Counted from the first letter of the whole stretch, positions 1-13,206 are shown. The stretch: DNA of 63,658 bases, filler included, from Reticulomyxa filosa (GCA_000512085.1; 18 parts of 18 records of this genome joined end to end with filler, not necessarily neighbours in it), one strand, 5' to 3'. Numbers and translations are program-made. Notes: a model not told the origin generated them from the letters alone.

Positions 1-1339
1 GGAGTTATGGAAATTTTCATTAGCTTCCTTTGTTTAATCTTATTTTCAAAGTATGTTAGTGCAGTTCCGTTTATCTAATTTGTCTTCAATAAAAAACTGT
101 AAAAGAGTAATATATGGTATATTTGCCCAGTTTTTAATGATAATGAGATATATCAAACAAAGGTCACTTTTTGCGGTGTTATTTGCAACTCCTGATAAAA
201 GACTTCGTTACGTAGCAGTCAAGTTTACTGTACTTACCATGGCGTCTGCGTTGTCGACAGCTATTTCTATTGTATGCGTAGCAGTGGGGACAAAATTTTG
301 GCATATTGTTCGTGTTGATGATGTTTGTCACAATTGTTCTTTTTGATTCATTATGTTAAAAAAAAATAACAAAAAAAAATAAAATAAAGGTCATTGAGTG
401 TACATGTTTACTGTTAATGGGAAAGACATACACAAAATCTTATGAACGTTTATGCTTTTGTTGCATCCAGTGTTGCACATATCCTATTCAAAAAATTGAA
501 AAGCTTGGTTTTCTTCAATCTTCAGACAATAAAAATGTTCAAACCTCACCCCAAATTCTGTCATTTACAACTGGCTCTCAGCCTAACATTGTTGTAAGTT
601 CGGACAAAAAATGATTGTACAAAAAGATTGATGGAGATGCATCCATCAATTCTCTTTGCTGTTATTGCTGGCTTTCATTGTCGTTCTTTTTTTTTAGGTT
701 TTGTTGTGATTTTCGACATTATTTGTCACTGTTGATATGACATATTGACTTAATGAACAAGTCTTTGTAATTTCTCGGAAAAATTAGCACTTTTAAGTTT
801 GTTGCTCTTGGTGTTGTCCTGGTCCTTTGAATAAAGTTAGAAGTTTTATTGATCTTACTTTTCTCTGCAAATATTTGTTGTACAAATTAGATTAGTACTT
901 CAGGTGGATGGATATACGTGGGCATTCTTTTCTTTATAATGGCGACAGCACAATATGTCTTTCAAAGTCAGAAGGACCACATCGTCAGAAAATGAAATAG
1001 TGTTTCCCAAACAAAGAAAATAGAAACGACAGCGATCAATTAGTAAAACTGTATAATCTTTTTTTAAAGATATCGATTTAATCAAAATCCACATTGGAAT
1101 TAACAATGTTAGAATAATGTACTCATTTTTTATGTATAAGTATACATTAAGTAATATATTATTATTTTTCTTTACTTTTGATTTGTTTGCCGACAAATTG
1201 AAAATGAAATGTGTATGATAAACAGGGTGGAAATGATATTAATATTTTCGTAACAAACATAGCTAAAATAAAATAAGTGGTTAAATAAATGATAACTAAT
1301 TTTGTGATCGAAATGAAAAATAAAAACAAATTTTTCTTC

Positions 1340-4028
1340 TTAGTCCAACAGCTTCATTAGAACGTACCTTCGTCCAATATATTGTCTGTTCAATTGTTTT
1401 ACCGCCCAAGAGGCATCTGTTTTGTTGTCAAATTCAATAATTGCTTGCCCTGTTTTTCTGCCATCCGACTCATCAAATAAAAAACGAATGGATCTGCGAT
1501 CCACCGTAATTCGCGCATTTTTAAAAAACGTGTAAACGTCTTCCTCCGTCAGTTCATATGCCAATCCAGTCAAGTGAACTCTAAAGTTGTTTTTTTTGTC
1601 AAAGGTTTGCGATTTTCTTTTTCGTTCGTTTCAGAGCTATGACGCGACGAAGAAGACTGACTTCTGCTTTCGCTTTGATCTTGATAATCTCCTTGATGAT
1701 CTTGTCGTTCTTGTTCAGCTATTCTTTTATTACTTGCATGAACACTTTTGGATATGGATATGTTCGTATACTGCTTTGTGGTCTCGGCCGACGCAACTGG
1801 ATGGCCGACAGTAGTATACAATTCCGTTCGTGAGACTGGAGACATATGGACCTCTTTCCCTTCTATAAATTGCTTTTTAGTCAGTATTTTTTTATTTACA
1901 AAGTTGCTTCTTTTCCGTGAAAAAACAGCAAAGCACAGTAATTGCAAAAAAAAAAACTAAAACAAAAGTAAATCAAATGTACCAAGTTTCGCGTCATTGC
2001 CAATTCACAATCAAATGCACAAAAAAATTCTACGTACGCAGTGTTGTAAGATGGGTTTATGTGCAATCGCTTGGGACATACGTATATATCTAGTTCATTC
2101 AAGTTTTTTTTGTTTTAATCGAGAAAAATAAAAAATAAAATCGAATAAGCAAACAGATATTTTTATGTTTTTGCAATGACAAAAAAAATTGCTCACACTC
2201 ACCGTCAAACAACCCAACAATAAAAGAATGATCACAGTTGCCCGGCAAGTTTTCGATTCTTAACACGTCACAGTATTTTGGAAACGAAGATGGATAACGA
2301 TACCCAATCATTTGGGCAACGCATAACCGTAACTCCTCCAAGGAGCATTGTTCCACTTTAACAGTGTTTTTATTTTCAGAGAACGGTCCACTTAATGTCA
2401 GCAGGTGATTGACCTCGTTTTTGTTTCTACTTCTACGTATGCAATATTTAATGGTCGACCATCGTCGTTATAAATTGTGTGCAGTGCCACTATACAAAAA
2501 AAAAAAAATTAATTTTTTTCTATGTCTGATAATTGACTCAAACACTCTTCCTCAAAAAAAAAAAAAAAAAACCATAGATTACCTGGCCGAACCCGCTTTT
2601 CACAAAATCGCAACAATGACTCCCGGTTCATGTCTTCTCCAAACCCTTGCATTTTCACAATGCAACTCTTTACACTTCGTGAAATCCTGTTTTTTGTGAT
2701 AACATATCGTTGACAAAATACTCAGAATTTTACAGAAACAGTGTATACGTTTTCAAAAAAAAAAAAATAACGTACGGTAAAATATTGAACGCAAGGTGCA
2801 TTGCATCTTCCAATCGAGTCCTTGGTACCGAACACATAGTTACAGGAAAACCTTCACAAATTGTGGTTAGATGTTTTCGTAAAGCTTCATCTCTGTGTGC
2901 TTTATTGGCAAAAGTGACATAAGCGTTGCCAGTCGTTTTTCCGCGTGCATTCAATTCTAAAAACACATCGCTTTCCTTGATCATTACTATCTCGGAGTCT
3001 TTCCTTAAAAACTGAACAATCTCTGGTGCGGTAATATGGAAAGGCAGCTTTTCCATTACCAAATGATAGGCATTGATAGGGATAACATATTGTGAAGTAC
3101 GAGTGGATTGGAATTGGGACGATGGAAGGCACTTTGGGGGTACATTTTGTGTAGATTCTTTCGAGGTAAAGTTCGGAGCGGATACGTTAGAACTGAAACC
3201 AAATCTCTCACATTCCGTGGCAGGCTGTGGAGCCAGTAATCTGATGGAGCGAGTCATGCCCTTATTGGCTGGTATTGAAATAACACCATTAATCAGTGTA
3301 TTGTTTTGTTTGTCATCCACATCTGTTTTTTTTTTGTCACCGAAGTATGAAGATACGATTGTACTCGCTGGCATTGAAAGTTTTGGAGTCACCTTTTTAT
3401 CACTCTTGGTGGAGGTGTGAAAAACAGTAGAGGAGAGGGACGGTTGAGAAGGGCATTCTGTATCACATTGTTGCAATTTAGATGACATTTCATCATTGCT
3501 ATAAAATGCTGTTGCTGGGCTGCTGCCGTTGTTTGTGTGGCTTGCGACTTGACTATTCTTAAATTCTGAAAATGGCCTCTTTTTTTTGATGGAATCTGTC
3601 TTGGGGTCAGTAATGTCCCTCTCATTTTTGAACAAGGTATGCTCACTATTTAGTTTCGCTTTTGAAATTTCTTTGTCGCTGCGTTGTTCTTTGGAGCTGG
3701 TTGCTGTTGACGAAGATACGTTGTTTTCAGATACAGGGACACATGATGCTGGTTCCGAGTTGTTTGGACAAGATGAAGTATTGTTATATCTTATGTCAAT
3801 CACTACACCATTGTATAATTGTGAACATTCCTCCAATTGAAACTCAATTCCAAATTCCTTGTCCAAAATATAACATTGGAAACATAAACGCGAAAAAACA
3901 ATCAACGGAAATTTTTCTTGGACCAACATGTGCAAATCCGTTAATGTTGATCGAGGTGAAATCGTTACTCTTTTCACTATTTCATCTTTTTTCAAGAAAA
4001 CTATCAAAGATTTTGCTAGCTCTGACAT
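1340..4028 (-). CDS. Multi-exon RNA-binding protein with several hnRNP F/H/ESRP-type quasi-RRMs and an N-terminal Aip3/Bud6-N-like domain
   Basis: qRRM motifs: LVMEKLPFHITAPEIVQFL..GKTTGNAYVTF; SCIVKMQGFGEDMNRESLLRF; VLRIENLP..NTAYVEF; VHLTGLAYELTEEDVYTFF..DGRKTGQAIIEF..RQYIGRRYV. One 1-nt frameshift near 1590-1603. Confidence 0.85.
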
Positions 4029-4605
4029 TATATTCTATTTTTAAGAAACTTTCTGTAGTTGAGTTTTTTTCACGACATTACACCCAACTACGTTTAAAAT
4101 ACTCTATTCAAAGATTAGTTTTTTTTAATCATTTACAAACAAAAATTATAACAGTGCCTCCACAGGATTATAATAACATATATTATTATAAAATTCTTTT
4201 TATTCGTGTGTTTTTATTTACATACTGCAAAGAGAAAAAAAACTATTTGTTCACTTATCGAAAGTTGAAAATCACAAAAGTGTAAGTCTATATTTGTTTA
4301 AAATTTTTATTGTTACGATTATACTTTTTTAAGTTCGAAAATATTTTTTTTAAGGGTTCTAACTTTTTTTTTTTTGTTACTTTTGTTTTTTGTACACTCG
4401 CAATAATTTGCGGTTACCTTTCGCTTTGGATGAAAGGTAACTCGAAAAGTTGCGAAGATAAATTGCTTCGGGGTTATTCACTTAACTCTGAATCGCACAA
4501 ATTTACGAAGTTACTTTCGTTTTTGATGAAAGACACTTCGTTTTAGATAAAAATAATGTAATGTGCGAAAAAAAATTTGCTTAGTGGTTATTCGAGCAAC
4601 TCTGA

Positions 4606-4705
4606 NNNNNNNNNNNNNNNNNNNNNNNNNNNNNNNNNNNNNNNNNNNNTTAATTAATTAANNNNNNNNNNNNNNNNNNNNNNNNNNNNNNNNNNNNNNN
4701 NNNNN
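4606..4705. other. Artificial contig-joining linker (first of 17)
   Basis: 44 N + TTAATTAATTAA (stops in all six frames) + 44 N. Identical linkers start at 6978, 8357, 9798, 12036, 24923, 26203, 27494, 31481, 34529, 36150, 44512, 47010, 48115, 54696, 55806 and 57328. Confidence 0.98.
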
Positions 4706-4812
4706 AAAAAAAAAAAAAAGAGGAAAAACAATAAAAAAAAAAAAAAGAGCTTTTGACAAAAAGTATAGAATAGCAAACGAGAATAAACGATGGCATGAAA
4801 TAAGTGTCAAAG

Positions 4813-5589
4813 TTAATGAGAATCGTGTGTGAATGATGGACAGGCGACAGGGACATCAGGGTATTTTCGGAGTTTGATTTGAGTCCATTGGTCAATACAA
4901 TTGGCATGAAAATAGCAACCACAAAACGGAAGACGCTTGACAGTCTCACCGGCATGGAGCGCATAAAAGCACACGGAGCATCTATTGGAATTGTGATCTT
5001 GCTCCAATTGCTCGACCTTAAGAATTATCGGATCGGATGGCATATTTAACTCGTTTCTTTTCTGCTGTTCATCTAACATGACTTGTTTTTGTTTATTCGA
5101 CGATTTGTCATCTGACAGTTGTCGTTCATTGTTATTCCTCTTCTCTTTCGGATGGAAACTTCTACTGCGTCTTTTTGACGCCATCTGCTTCTTACACTTA
5201 ACAATAGAGTCCTTTTTGTTGCTAGTTTCAACTGACTCCAACTTTTTTCGAGAATGTTCACTTTTTTGCTGTTTAATCGAATCCCTTGCAAGAGGTGTGG
5301 AGAAAGCAGACTTGCTGCACTCCCTTTTCATTGCGTCGCCATTTTCACTCTGACTACTATTCCTAGCTTTTTCCAGCTTTTTGATTGCTGATACCAACTT
5401 CAGTCTTACTGAAGGCAGAAATTGGCACTCGTTAGACAGGTCTCGAACGTCGGCTTCCGACGCGCACGTTATTGTACTTAATGTTATCTGATGCTCTTGT
5501 AGTCTTTCAAATACCTCTGATTCGACCAAGTTATTCTTACTTAGCCACTTTTTCAGCGCGGGCACCTCATTCTCGAAATAGTCGCTCAT
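4813..5589 (-). CDS. SAM-domain + RING-H2-like zinc finger protein (putative E3 ligase)
   Basis: N-terminal SAM-like pattern LKKWLSKNNL..FERLQEHQITL..DVRDL..VRLKLVSAIKKL; C-terminal CSVC..VKRLPFCGCYFHANCIDQW..CP. Confidence 0.8.
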   Translation of the reverse strand: MSDYFENEVPALKKWLSKNNLVESEVFERLQEHQITLSTITCASEADVRDLSNECQFLPSVRLKLVSAIKKLEKARNSSQSENGDAMKRECSKSAFSTPLARDSIKQQKSEHSRKKLESVETSNKKDSIVKCKKQMASKRRSRSFHPKEKRNNNERQLSDDKSSNKQKQVMLDEQQKRNELNMPSDPIILKVEQLEQDHNSNRCSVCFYALHAGETVKRLPFCGCYFHANCIDQWTQIKLRKYPDVPVACPSFTHDSH

Positions 5590-6213
5590 TGTAACCCAGA
5601 TTTCTTGCTGAGCTTAGGGGATTAGCTCTTTTTTTTTTTAAAGTAACACTGTTTTTCTTGTTCTATGTGGAAATAACAATTTTCATAATATAATATTTTC
5701 TATCTATTATCTTAATTACCTGTTTGCCATTTTTCATTAACCCGTGTGATTTTTTCCTTTGTACTACTTTTACGTTCGATTCAACAAAACATTTACAAAA
5801 AGTGTTGACATACGCAATATACATCTTTTTGTCAAATTTAAAGAGTTTTATATCGAATAGCGACACCTTTGAAAAGTATATGCCACATTGAATCAATTTC
5901 TATTTGTTTCCATAAAAAAAATCATATATTTGCTAAGTTATTCAAACTCCACAAATCACAATTATATCCCTCAAATTGGAAAAAATTTATGAGCAATTAT
6001 TGTTAACACTACTACACTGAAGAAACTGACAGCTCAGCTTTTTTTTAATAGCTGAAGGTTTATCATTGCTTATGCGAAAAAAACCAAAATGAAGACAGTG
6101 AAATGTTCCATCACATGATCCCCCCCCCCATCTACATCTCCCAATAAAAAATGTTGAACACTGAGGAGACGCGAAAACAAGCTAGCAAATTTAAAAAAAG
6201 AAAGATAATAGTC

Positions 6214-6938
6214 TTAAAGTAGTGGACCATATAGCCTTGCCCAGTGCTCAGAGAGCAATGCAAAATCTTGAGGATGGTTGTAGGCCATGGAAGATGGATC
6301 TTCTGCCCAGCAAACAAATACTGTGACAACAGCTGATCGGACAACCATAATCACAGCAGCACACAAAAAGTATCCAATGACAAACCCTGTTACAAGGTAG
6401 CTTACGCGCAAGTCTGGATTGATGCTTTCAAATAAACTGCTCAATACAAAACCGACAGTAGATGTCAGCAATGCACTCACCAATGCACCACAACCCAGCG
6501 CAAAGCCTGTCTGCTTGTTATTAATGAGGGATCACATCAAAAAAAAAAAGGCGTTAACACAAAAAAAAGACTTAAAAAAAATGCACAACAAAACTAAATC
6601 GTCATTTATCCATGCATCCACTCCTTTATTTGTCAATAAGTTCCAAGTGCGTTTGGACGACTCCACAAATGCTAGAATGTGTGAAAATCACACATTGATG
6701 CAATTCCATAAGTCAACCAAATCAAACAAAAAACGAACAAAAAAACCACTCAACAAGTTCCATAAATGGCAACTTGAGCGTATGCATAAGTGTTAAAAAA
6801 TCGAATCAACGATTCTAAACATAGCAATAAACACTGAGCAAAACACAGCACAATCGAATTGCCTCGGTGGTTGTTTTGGGCTGTTTTCACAAATGCTCGA
6901 ATGGTCTGAATGATAGCCACCAAAAGTGATCCACAACA

Positions 6939-6940
<2 letters not shown>
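6214..6940 (-). CDS. Choline transporter-like (CTL/SLC44/PNS1) protein, 3' exons
   Basis: Spliced translation GSLLVAIIQTIR..CLESLIRFFNTYAYAQVAIYG..SKRTWNL..VRSAVVTVFVCWAEDP; 5' part lost at the contig edge. Confidence 0.88.
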
Positions 6941-6977
<37 letters not shown>

Positions 6978-8559
6978 NNNNNNNNNNNNNNNNNNNNNNN
7001 NNNNNNNNNNNNNNNNNNNNNTTAATTAATTAANNNNNNNNNNNNNNNNNNNNNNNNNNNNNNNNNNNNNNNNNNNNAAAAAAAAAAACAAGGTCACTTA
7101 AAACGCTCACCTTTTTGTTACTTCATTTTTTTTTTTTTTTTGAAAAAAAAGAAGGCACAACAACTGTTCCAAAAAAAATGTATGGTGCTGAACCATTTTT
7201 GGATCGGAGCTCAAATGACCAATCTTCAGCTGCAGATGAAACTTTTGACCCTTTGCGAGGGATGTGGGTGCACCTACTGAACAAAACGTTGAATCATACA
7301 CACTACAAATGAACCGGAATGTCATTCTATCTATCCTTCCAAATTTCTCTGTCGGCGGTTTTTTTTTTTTAGAGGAAAAAAAAGTTTTGTCAACATTACA
7401 GCATCAACATCTAAATTGTATTGGCAATACTGTCACTCTTTTTGTTTTGTTACACTTCGTATTTGCACGATAGTATTATTTTATGTTTTCCTCTCTTTTA
7501 AAACTGAAAAAAAAAAAAAGTTAATTGTTGCAAATGACATTTCAATAAAACCAATACTTGCATCAAAGTTCCATTTCTATTCTCAAGAGAACTTTTCTAA
7601 AGAGGGAAAACTTTTCTCTTAAACAGAAAAAGCATTACCAAAGAAAAATATTACAATTGTAGAAATTTTAATAATTATTTTTTTAAATTTTTTTGTAAAA
7701 AATGTCATCTTTTTTAATAAACATTTATGAGTTGTGAATTTACTTACGTCAATGAAAAAAAGGTCTTTTTTTGTGTTGTTTCTTTACACAGCTCACAATT
7801 AGGGTGATACATTATTGTAAAAAATTTCTAAATTTTAATATTCAAATCTAAAAGAAAGCTAAAAATATGTGAATTAAAGAAAAAGAGTAAGTAGGGTCTG
7901 AATCCAATAAAGCCAATGAACAAAAATAACAGTAATATTGGTGATTGGAAGTTGGGAAAATGTGCAAGTTCTTTGGCCATGAAAATGAACAAAGGACTCT
8001 AAAGTTTCAAAAGAGCAGAAGAAGATGATGATAAAATATGAACAATGAAACAAGCGATGCTTATACTTTTGAAATTCCACTTTGTAGGCCATATTATTTT
8101 ACTGATGATGGTAATATAGTTCAAATAATTTGAATTATTTAATATTTCTTCGTATTTATTTAGTGTTCGATCATTATTATTACTAATCTTTTTCTTATTT
8201 CTAGATTGCATTTGCTGTTTTGTAAATGGCCATAAGTGCATCATTGATTTATTATTTTGGTTCATACCAATTAAATTATTTTTAATACCATCATCATTCA
8301 ATATTATGTAAGACTTTTATTTTCTAATTCTTGTGTCTTATTCTCTGCATTTGCATNNNNNNNNNNNNNNNNNNNNNNNNNNNNNNNNNNNNNNNNNNNN
8401 TTAATTAATTAANNNNNNNNNNNNNNNNNNNNNNNNNNNNNNNNNNNNNNNNNNNNTCTTCTTCTTCTCACTCTACTTCTCCATCTTTCTCTTGCTTTCA
8501 GTACAAACCTGGAATACATCATTCTACAATGAAAAAGTCCACGCTAACATTGGTTTGAT

Positions 8560-9740
8560 TAAGACATTATTACAACATCTGAAAATATTATATAAATAAT
8601 ATATACCTTCAAATAGAGCACGTTACATTGTCATCTACTGTGGTTACTCGTGGAATGGTTATCTTTTAAGATCGGCAGTTTAATTGTTGACATATGCCAA
8701 TAGAGAAATATGCAAAGCCATTCCAAGATTGTCGAGCGCGATCCGAATATTTGTATTTTCTGGACGTTATGAAATGCCCATGTAATCGAACCTATTTCCA
8801 GATTTGACAACTGCGGCATTCATAAATTGGAAGATGTGTTCACAAATTAACTAGTCATGCCCGGTGTTTGATCGTTCTCCAACTACGACTTGAAGAGAAG
8901 ACAATTTGAGCACACTATAATCGGAGGGCGGAGGTTCATGTGGCTAATAAACAGTGCCAATATCATCTGCCAATGAGAAAAGGCGCTCAATACATCTAAT
9001 TCGGCCAAACATTATCAGCAGCGGAATACGTACTATATGCCAACCACGCTATGAATAAATTGTTAATAATATCTAACTTCTTCGCTGGGATATCATTTTC
9101 TGTTTCAAATCTATACACACACAGTCACATATTAATTGGAGATTATTGGAAAAAAAAAAGAAAGTTAACTATTTGGTTATAATTCACTTCAACTTGTTTG
9201 TCTTCACATTACACCAGTGTTCTTTTTGATAATGATATTGAAAACATAGGACTTGGGGCTGCATGATTCAGTGTGGTATCTTGAAGGCATGTTCAATTCT
9301 TAACCATGCAAATATCACACTTTTATCAATAGAGCTGGATTGTACGACTATTGCCACTAGTGAATGTGTTTTTGTTTTTTTTAGCATACATCGATTTCAG
9401 GAATATCTTGTATGTCTAATATCGAGTTTTGGACGCTGTCTGAAGCGTATTATTGGTAATTTAAAATGCGAGCAGATTGGATTCATATGTGTCAATAGAA
9501 GCATCATACAAACGACGGATACATGTTTATTCATATACACTAATATGTTCAAGGCGCTGCCTCCATCAAATAAAGTGGAAAGAATGATACAGTAGCTGAA
9601 TTGAATTTAATAATGAAAAATGTGCTTTGTTGGAGTCTAGTGCAATGCTTGCTTCTTGCCGATAATCAGCTTTATATCTTCACCACATCTCTTCAAGTTC
9701 GCATTTGATTACGCGAGCGATCGAGTCCAATGCCAATTCT
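8560..9740 (-). pseudogene. Decayed coding sequence of unknown family
   Basis: One minus-strand frame reads protein-like (ELALDSIARVIKCELEEMW*RYKADYRQEASIALDSNKAHFSLLNSIQLLYHSFHFI*WRQRLEH...) with scattered stops; GC content is above intergenic level. Confidence 0.45.
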
Positions 9741-9897
9741 ATTATGTTATAAGTATGTTCTTAAATTTTTTTTAATACATAAACACAAACAAACAAANNN
9801 NNNNNNNNNNNNNNNNNNNNNNNNNNNNNNNNNNNNNNNNNTTAATTAATTAANNNNNNNNNNNNNNNNNNNNNNNNNNNNNNNNNNNNNNNNNNNN

Positions 9898-9929
<32 letters not shown>

Positions 9930-10235
9930 GTTATTGTGATTGTCATTACTTGCGCTCCTTTGCACAGCATTGTCTGTGTTTGTTACAGCGTTGACATTTG
10001 GACTGTCGATGACGTCGACGTCGTCATTGTGATTCTCATCGAGAAGAACACCCATTTGTTCTTGCAACTTCTGGAGCGTGTCAACGTGGCGAGTGTGCTT
10101 TTGCACATTCTCCTCGAAGAACAGCTGCTTCATGCTCTCCGCTTTGTTGTGCAATTCGGCTTCAACGTTGTCCAGCCAAATCTCCAAAGACGATTTGATG
10201 TTTTCTTTCAATTGTCTCTTTTTTGGATTGTGTTT

Positions 10236-10273
<38 letters not shown>

Positions 10274-11439
10274 TCAAAAATTGTTTGTCTTTTATATACA
10301 TATATACATATATGATATGTGATATTGTTTTTTATTTACAAAACAATTTGCTGTTGCAATTGTTGTTTCATCGTCGTTTCAAAAATTTTTTGCTGGCGTT
10401 GACTGTTTTGATAAATGCATTTTTTTAATTCATTCAACTTGTGATGCATTGTTTTGACAGTGTTGTCTTTTGCACTTTTCAAACTTTCATTTTCGTCTTC
10501 ATTGTCATTGTCATTGTCATTGTCATTGTCATTGTCATTCGTGTATTCATGGTCATCCTCAGTATCCTCGTTTTCAATATCTTTATCTTTATCTTGATTT
10601 TTATCTTTGTCATTATCATTATCATTATCATTATCATTATCATTATCATTATCATTGTCACTGTCATTGTTATCATCGTCGAGTTGAACAGACACTGGAG
10701 CGCAAGTGGTGTTGTTACCATTTATCGTTTGTTATGTTTCTCTAATGATTTTTTCGTTTCTTTGTGTTCTTGTTCAGCTCCTGTCTCTTCTTCTTCTTCT
10801 TCTTTTTCCTCTTCCTCTGCCTCTTCCATTTCTTCCTCTTTCATTTCTTTCTCTTTCTCTTCCACTTCTTCCTCTTCTTCCATTTCTTCTATTTCTTCTA
10901 CTTCTTCTACTTCTTCCACTTTTTCCTCTTCTTCTTCTTCTTCCTCCTCCTCTTTATCATTGTCACTACTCAAAATCATCCGATCATTTAAACTTTGTTT
11001 TTTATCATTGCCATTATCATTATCATCGCTGTCATTATGGCCGATGTCAGAGTCTTCATAATCTTGTTCTTTATCATCACCCTGTTGATAGGGCTGAAAA
11101 TCGATTAAATATTGCGCGAATTCGCGACAACATACTTCCTTTTCCATTCGCTCGGCGTGTCTTTGTTCGAATTGGTTTTCACAATCGACAAACTTGTCGT
11201 GTCGCTCCCAATACCACTTTCCGTATGCCGCCTTGATCTCTTCGCCCTTTTTGATGTCGTACGTCGAGCGAATCAACATGTGTGGCCACATATCACACGT
11301 TATTTCAAAAAACCCACAATTCGCATAGTTGTCGTCGTTCGAGTCATTTATTCCTAGGAGTTTGTCTTTCGGATCTATTTTCAATTGTCATCGTGCATAC
11401 ACATGATTTATGTACCTACACATATTAATACGTATATAC

Positions 11440-11478
<39 letters not shown>

Positions 11479-12000
11479 CCATTAATAAACACAGCTTCAT
11501 TGGAATAAAAAGAGGCATCAACTCGTACGTGTTGGGACTCATCCATTGGTCTAAATGTGTCTAATGAATGAAACCGACTTTTATTATTATTTATGTATTT
11601 ATTTTTTTGACTTGTTTGATTATCTATGCACATATACATATGTACACATATATATGTATATATGTATATATGTACATAAAAGGAAGAGAGCTGAAACAAA
11701 ACAGAATATCTTGTTTACAATTGCGATTGCGCTTTTTCAGAAGACAGTTGAATGGCCATATCGCACTCGCCCTGGAATTTGACTTCTCCCACATATTCTA
11801 AAATCCACGTTTTTTTGGGGATATCTTGTTTTGCAAACAAGCCGAAGGCAGGCATACGAAAGTGTGATATGTTTCGGTCATACTTGCGACAGGGATGGCT
11901 GTCGTCTAAGATTTCGCGAATTTCCACAAATGGGTTTTCGTTGTAATGGCCATTCAAATGTTTGCGAATTGCCTCTTTGTCTTTTTCATTGAATTCTTTC
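9898..12000 (-). CDS. SET-domain (lysine methyltransferase-like) protein with acidic/ND low-complexity region and coiled-coil tail, partial
   Basis: FGLFAKQDIPKKTWILEYVGEV, VDASFYSNEAVFIN and IKKGEEIKAAYGKWYW motifs. The splice near 11390 is not cleanly resolvable; 1-nt frameshift near 10728. Confidence 0.82.
10495..10960. repeat. Coding microsatellites (ATTGTC)n/(ATTATC)n and (TCT)n encoding Asn-Asp and poly-Glu tracts
   Basis: Direct inspection; these repeats generate many spurious overlapping ORFs. Confidence 0.9.
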
Positions 12001-13206
12001 TAATGCACATCACATATATACATATATATATATATNNNNNNNNNNNNNNNNNNNNNNNNNNNNNNNNNNNNNNNNNNNNTTAATTAATTAANNNNNNNNN
12101 NNNNNNNNNNNNNNNNNNNNNNNNNNNNNNNNNNNATCAAGTCCGAATTGATAAGTGCCTGAGAGGATGAAGAAAAGAACACTGGTGAAGTGCCACAAAA
12201 ATTTCAATCCAAATCTCGGTCCCTGTCTGAGCCTCAATCTTATCGAATTCCACATGATGCAATACACACGGTGTATAAAAAGTTGGTAAATTGCGAGCCA
12301 AGAATATACGATAAAGACACCAATTTTGAAATTCTGCAAGAGGAAACGAAGACTTGGCAGACAGAGAGAGTATGAAAATGTCTCGGCTCACTAAGGAGGA
12401 CAGAAAAATCACTCGAAAACAACAAGGACTCATTATAGCGTTGGAAGAATCTAAAGGTTGTGTGACGGTTTCCATGCTTGACAAGATTTTGAACGGGCTT
12501 CTAAAAAAAAAGCAAACAGTTTCTTTCCAAAAGAATTCTAACATTGTTTTTACAAAGATTACATTAATTGTCGTAAAAACCGGCCAAGGGGTCGTGAGAA
12601 AGGATTTTTTACGACATTTGCAAACTTTGGACAAAAACTTCGTTCACGAAAGCAAAAGAACTTTCGAAAGCAAGGAATGGAAAGTAAACACTTTTTTTCA
12701 CAACTCATCTTCTCGTTGGAAGTGTGGTTCATATTTTCAGATTTTTTCTCGATTTTATAGTTGAAAGGAACTTACATTATCTTGTATCAGCATTCAAACA
12801 CATTTCGGTTTTATATATTTTTCGATGCACGACAAACGCAAAATTGAAAAAAACATTGTTTCCAGCAACTGGTAGAATTACGACAACTTAGCCCCTAATG
12901 ATAATTTGCGCTCTAAGCTTTGTGTGATTTTTTTGGACAGCAAGCGAGCAATCTGACACTTGGAATGTGCACATTCTAAAATATAGTACGCTCCAATGTA
13001 AAACATACCTCAGCAAAAAAAAGACGGAACATAAAAAATTAAAATATTTGTATTTTATATCAGCTAGCGTTAAAGACAATTTTTTCTGTATGTATTTAAA
13101 ATCTGTTTGCTTTGTAAACCTGTAGTGAGCATTTCAAATGAAGTTTGGTAATTGTATTGAGTTTTTTTTGTTTTTTATTTCTCCTCTTACGTCTTTTGCA
13201 TATTCG

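Noticed and set aside
627-650. 9-bp inverted repeat ATTGATGGA..TCCATCAAT
   Set aside because: Single short occurrence in AT-rich DNA; expected by chance.
4650-4661. Recurrent palindrome TTAATTAATTAA
   Set aside because: Always centred in N-runs of fixed length; an assembly linker, not a biological repeat, target site or CRISPR repeat.
8560-9740. Possible stop-codon reassignment (alternative genetic code)
   Set aside because: All three stop codons appear in the relics, while intact genes have long stop-free exons ending in standard stops.
10441-11236. Plus-strand ORFs rich in I/V, H/C/Y, F/L or S
   Set aside because: Antisense shadows of the microsatellite-coded tracts of the SET gene.
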